Below are positions 59,256 to 64,000 of a stretch of 64,000 nucleotides of DNA, piece after piece. The stretch covers positions 206,398,001-206,462,000 of the forward strand of contig NC_042998.1 in assembly GCF_006345805.1 (NCBI RefSeq), in the 5' to 3' direction. Under the pieces are notes generated by a model that saw only the letters and a list, made by a program, of their open reading frames with translations, ran no database searches and had not been told where the DNA came from. The position numbers and the translations under genes are program-made. This stretch comes from Octopus sinensis (Eukaryota). Within the stretch, counting starts at the first letter, position 1; each line of letters starts with the position of its first letter.

Positions 59256-60577
59256 ACTTCACTGTTGTTGCTTTTATCGATCACACAGTTAAATGATTTA
59301 AGTAAAAGTAGCTTTCAGCCGAGACAATACAAAGGAAGGCAAAAGTCTCATAACAAAAGGACCAACCATTTATTGTTCATACTCGAGTATGTGTGTGTGT
59401 GTGGGGGGGAGAAGGCTTAGGGTAGTGGCGGCGGCGGAGGTGGTGGAGAAGAAAGCCATGCATTTCTAACCATCGAGAGGAATCAAAGAGTTTTCCGAAG
59501 GAAAGTCTTTATGTGACGAGTTATTGAAGTTATACGGGTTTTATAAGAGACACAGTTGCCTACGATACCAGCGAATAATAAGACACCAGCTTGGGAGATA
59601 TCGTCTGTGAAGACGATTGGGTGTAGGTGGGTGGGGGTGTGAGTGTGGGGGGGGCATGTGTGGGTGTATGAATGTGCGTTTACAGAAATATGTTGGCCTC
59701 TCTTATCTTTTACTCACTGCAGACGTTATGCTCTGGCCATGCTGGGGCACCGCCTTGAAGAATTTTTAATTGAGTGAAAGAACCCCCAGTACTTTTTTTT
59801 CTTCTTCTAAGCCTAGTACTTCTATCAATCTCTTTTGCTGAACTGTTAAGTTACGGGGATGTAAACACACCATCACCAGTTGTGAAGTGGTGGTGGTGGT
59901 GGTGGTGTTGGTAGGGGAACAAGTACAGACACAAAGGAATACGTTCAAACACACTCCCAAACGCACACATACACAAATACGGTGGGCTTCTTTCAGTTTC
60001 CATCTACCAAAATCCACTCACAAGGCTTTGGTCAGCCTGAGGCAACAATAGAAGACACTTGCCCAAGGTGGCACACAGTGAAACTGAACCTGGAGCCATG
60101 TGGTTGGGAAGCAAACGTCTTACCACGCAGCCACACCTTTTGGTCCTTTTCATTTAAAATGTTCATATTTTAATATTTATTTATTTCATCTTCCTTCAAA
60201 CATACAAGTAGAACCCATACTCTTCAACTGACCGTACACTCATGCCAAGGAGCTGTCACTACTCATTAGAATTAGACGGAAATGGAAAAGAACAAGTTGT
60301 CAACATAGAAACCGCAGTCCACGAAAGACAAAAAAAGAAATGGCAATTACGGAGACTTCATTTCTGGCACAAATACAAACCAAGAATCGAAGATTTGTTG
60401 CAGAGATTTCCAAGGAAAATACTTGAGCCAAAGAATTATTGTAATGTATATAAAATTAGCACACACTCATATATATATATATATATCGGGAGAGTTTATG
60501 AAAAAAACAAAAGACGAAGACAGGTGGTGTACAAAACAAACAGATGTATTAGTATAATGCTCAGGAATTGAAAAAGT

Positions 60578-60613
60578 CTTTTATGTTTCGAGCCTACGCT
60601 CTTCTACAGAAAG
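60578..60613 (-). ncRNA. Variant minimal hammerhead motif (same repeat family as 26112)
   Basis: Minus strand reads CTTT-CTGTAGA-A-GAGC-GTAG-GCTC-GAAA-CATA-AAAG. The core has A6>T. Confidence 0.55.
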
Positions 60614-60876
60614 GGACACAGAAAAAACAAGGAGAGAAAAAAATGTGTGTAGTGGCTAACGATCTATCATGGCGACTGATATATATGTATGTATATGTAA
60701 TTATAAATATAAGTAATTATATGTAATTATAAATAAGGGCAAAAAGAAAAAGCAAGGATGCAGAGACACAAGCAATGCGAGGAGGAGATGAGGATGTAAA
60801 TATTCTCTGCCTGGGTCTACACTTTATTCAGGGCTGATTACAGATCAATGAAGTCTGCAATTGTTGTCCTTAGACA

Positions 60877-61368
60877 ATGAGCGTGATCGTTGACAGAGCA
60901 GCTAACCGGCTTCCGTGCCAGTGGCACATAAAAGGCACCATTCGAGTGTGATCGTTACCAATGCCGCCTTACTGGCACTTGTACCCCGTGCTTGTGGGGT
61001 GCTAAGAGCACCATCTGAGCGTGATCGTTGCCTGAGCAGCCAACTGGCTTCTGTGCCGGTGGCATGTAAGAGGCACCATTCAAGCGGGATCGTTACCAGC
61101 ATCGCCTTACTGGCACCTGTGCTGTTGGCATGTGTAAAATAAAAAAAGTTCCAGCGAGGTCGTTGCCAGTACAGCCTGACTGGGCCCCATGCCAGTGGCA
61201 CGTAAAAGCACCCACTATACTCTCGGAGTGGTTGGCTTTAGGAAAGGCATCCAACTGTAGAAACATTGCCAGATCAAGATTGGAGCCTGGTGCAGCCATC
61301 TGGTTCGCCAGCCCACAGTCAAACCGTCCAACCCATACCAACATGGAAAGCGGATGATGATGATGATT
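60877..61368 (+). mobile_element. RTE 3' UTR fragment with A-B-A-B-C unit array
   Basis: Five GAGCGTGATCGTT-anchored units, then the terminal unit and (GAT)n. Confidence 0.82.
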
Positions 61369-61971
61369 GGAGATGATTGAATGCCGGAAAGAAAAACAAA
61401 AGAAATGCTCTATAGATGCAATGTCTGTTTACTGAAAGTTAGTTACAACAATTGATGCAGCATGGTTGAACTCACGTGAGTTCAATTCCCGGTGACATGT
61501 GTGTCTTTGAGCAAGACACTTTATTTCATGTTTCTCCTGTCCACACACCTGGCAAAAATGAGTTGTACTTGTAATTCGAAGGGCCAGGCTTGTCACATTG
61601 CGTATCACACTGAATCTCCCCAAGAACTATGTTAAGGGTATGCGTTTCTGTGGAGTACTCAACCACATGCATTTTATTTTCATGAACAAGTTGTTCTTTT
61701 GAGTGAATCAACTGGAACCCTCCTGGGGTTTCAATTTTTTAAGTGTTGACTAATTGCAGTTGTTGTTGATGTTTAACACCAGGTCATGGTTGACTGAGCA
61801 AACTTATCATCAAAAGCCATTCCGCACACATACAAACATTCACATACCTCCCTTGTACACGCACAGACATATATTCACACAGAGTTGAAACGCTGTTTGA
61901 TTTTTTTTCACTGTAGAATTTCCATCATCCCACTGCCAGGTTTGCCATATATATATACACACACACACACC

Positions 61972-62002
<31 letters not shown>

Positions 62003-62126
62003 TGAAATAGAAAGATGAATAATCTTGTTGCAGATTAATCAATTGTGCCTTTCGAAACACGTGTAGAATGCAATAAAACGATTTCTGTTCAATCTTCGTT
62101 CAACTCCATTTCTTCAATTCACTAAT

Positions 62127-62162
<36 letters not shown>

Positions 62163-62388
62163 GTATATATACATACACACATCTCATCATTTAATGCCCA
62201 TCTTCCATGCTAGCATGGATGGGACAGTGCCACAGGAGCCGGCCAGGCAGAAGCCTGCACCAGACTTCTGTGACTGTTTTGGCAGGATTTTTACAGCTGG
62301 ATGCCCTTCCTAACACCAACCACTCAGCAGAGTGGACGTAGTGCTTTTTACGTGGCACAAATACAGGTGAGATGAGTAGTGCTTACCT

Positions 62389-62452
<64 letters not shown>

Positions 62453-63037
62453 GATATTGCTTTCAAATTTTGACACAAGGCCAGCAATTTTGAGGAGGGG
62501 GATACGTCAATTACATTGACCCCAGTGAGTACCTGGTACTTATTTTATAAAAGGCAAAGTCAACTCTGGAAGAATTTGAACTTAAAAAGTAAAGTTTAAA
62601 AGAAATACCAACAATCATTTCTTGTAGCACCTTCTTCTATATTCCTCTGAATACATTCCTTAATCTGTGAACACTTTAGTACAAGAATCAGAACAGGAGA
62701 AAATAGAAGACATCTTCGGGGGAAGACATTCGTAAACTGGAGAAACGATAAAATCCATAATTGTTAACTTGTACACTATCTGTGGCAAGTGATACACTGG
62801 CACGATATTAAACCGAAATGGATTATTCAAACCTAATTATTAGATTACAGATTCTTAGAAAGTTAATCCTCTTAAATCACCGGCTTTCAGCAATTAATAG
62901 ATTTCTTAATATTGTAATTATTATTATTATTATTATTATCATTTTGACATTTTTGTTATACAAAGTGTCACTTCTATAATGGCGGTCGAAATGTAATTAT
63001 ATTTGTGTCCTGGTGGGCGTTTCTGTGTGAACACATC

Positions 63038-63068
<31 letters not shown>

Positions 63069-63089
63069 CACTGCTTCAATGTCCACTTT

Positions 63090-63420
63090 TTCATGCTTGC
63101 ATGGATTGGTCAGAATTTGTCGATGCAGATTTTCTATAGCCAGATGCCCTCTCTGTTGCCAACCTTCGCCTGTTTCCAAACAGGGTACCATTTCCCCATG
63201 GCCAGGTGTCTCTTCCCCAGAAGACTGGAAATCAAAGACTCTGCTTGTATGACAGGGAAACTCATTTACAAATAGGAATGCAATGTAAACACAAACACAC
63301 ACACAAGGGGCTTCTTTCAGTTTCTTTCAGATTCACTCACGATGCCTTGGTTGACCCGGGGCTATAATAGAACACATTTGTCCAAGGTACCACACAGACT
63401 GAACCGGAAACCCTGAGTGT
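63090..63420 (-). mobile_element. SINE family A head with alternative RTE-type tail
   Basis: Same architecture at 53690-54075 and 38570-38885. Confidence 0.7.
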
Positions 63421-63519
63421 GTGCATATATATATGTGAGTGTTTATGTAGATGTGTGCATACATTTATGTATATGTACACACATCTGTCTAAGACACAGT
63501 TGTATGTATAACTGTTTAT

Positions 63520-63810
63520 CACGTGATCGACCAGGCTCTCTGATGTAGCTACAGATCACTGGTCACAATGCGCTTCGAATTGTTTTAGCCTTCAAATGAC
63601 GCCACCCTGCTGGCTAAGCGAGCAGGCCAACAGAAGAAAGAGTGAGAAAAAGTTGTGGCAAAGGAGTACAGCAGGGATCACCACCACCCCCTGCTGGAGC
63701 CTCGTGGAGCTTTTAGGTGTTTTCGCTCAATAAACACTCACAAGGCCTGGTCTGGGAATCGAAACCACGACCCCCCGACCACGAGTCCGCTGCCCTAACC
63801 ACTGGGCCTG
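63520..63810 (-). mobile_element. SINE family C (tail iii)
   Basis: Colinear with 47920-48200. Confidence 0.85.
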
Positions 63811-64000
63811 TTTATATAAATACATATGTATGTTGTTAGGCACGTGTGTAAGTCATGCCAGCATGGAAAATGGATGTTAAACGATGATGATGATACACAC
63901 ACACATATACATATGCATACATACACACACACACATACATACACACACATACATACACCTTTGCCAGCACTGCCTGACTGGCGCCCATGCCGCTGGCACG

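Overview
Eukaryotic, AT-rich and repeat-saturated DNA. The SINE/RTE/microsatellite make-up suggests a coleoid cephalopod, most likely Octopus (inference, no search run). The only host gene I can support is an R7-family RGS gene (RGS9/RGS11/EAT-16-like, DEP-domain part) on the minus strand. Three coding exons (46906-47002, 29353-29513, 14657-14708) splice in frame across introns of about 17.4 kb and 14.6 kb. I found neither the first exon nor the later exons. The rest is intron-like and filled with nested mobile DNA: modular tRNA-derived SINEs with swappable 3' tails, 5'-truncated RTE LINE 3' ends carrying an ordered hairpin array, non-autonomous Helitrons, Penelope-like remnants (two GIY-YIG fragments and four minimal hammerhead-ribozyme motifs), HERO-like and R4/Dong-like LINE ends, mariner/Tigger/hAT/piggyBac relics and foldback MITEs. 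Nearly all long ORFs in the supplied track are microsatellite or SINE read-through. There is no CRISPR array, rRNA or genuine tRNA gene. Family names come from my recall of motifs, not from database searches.
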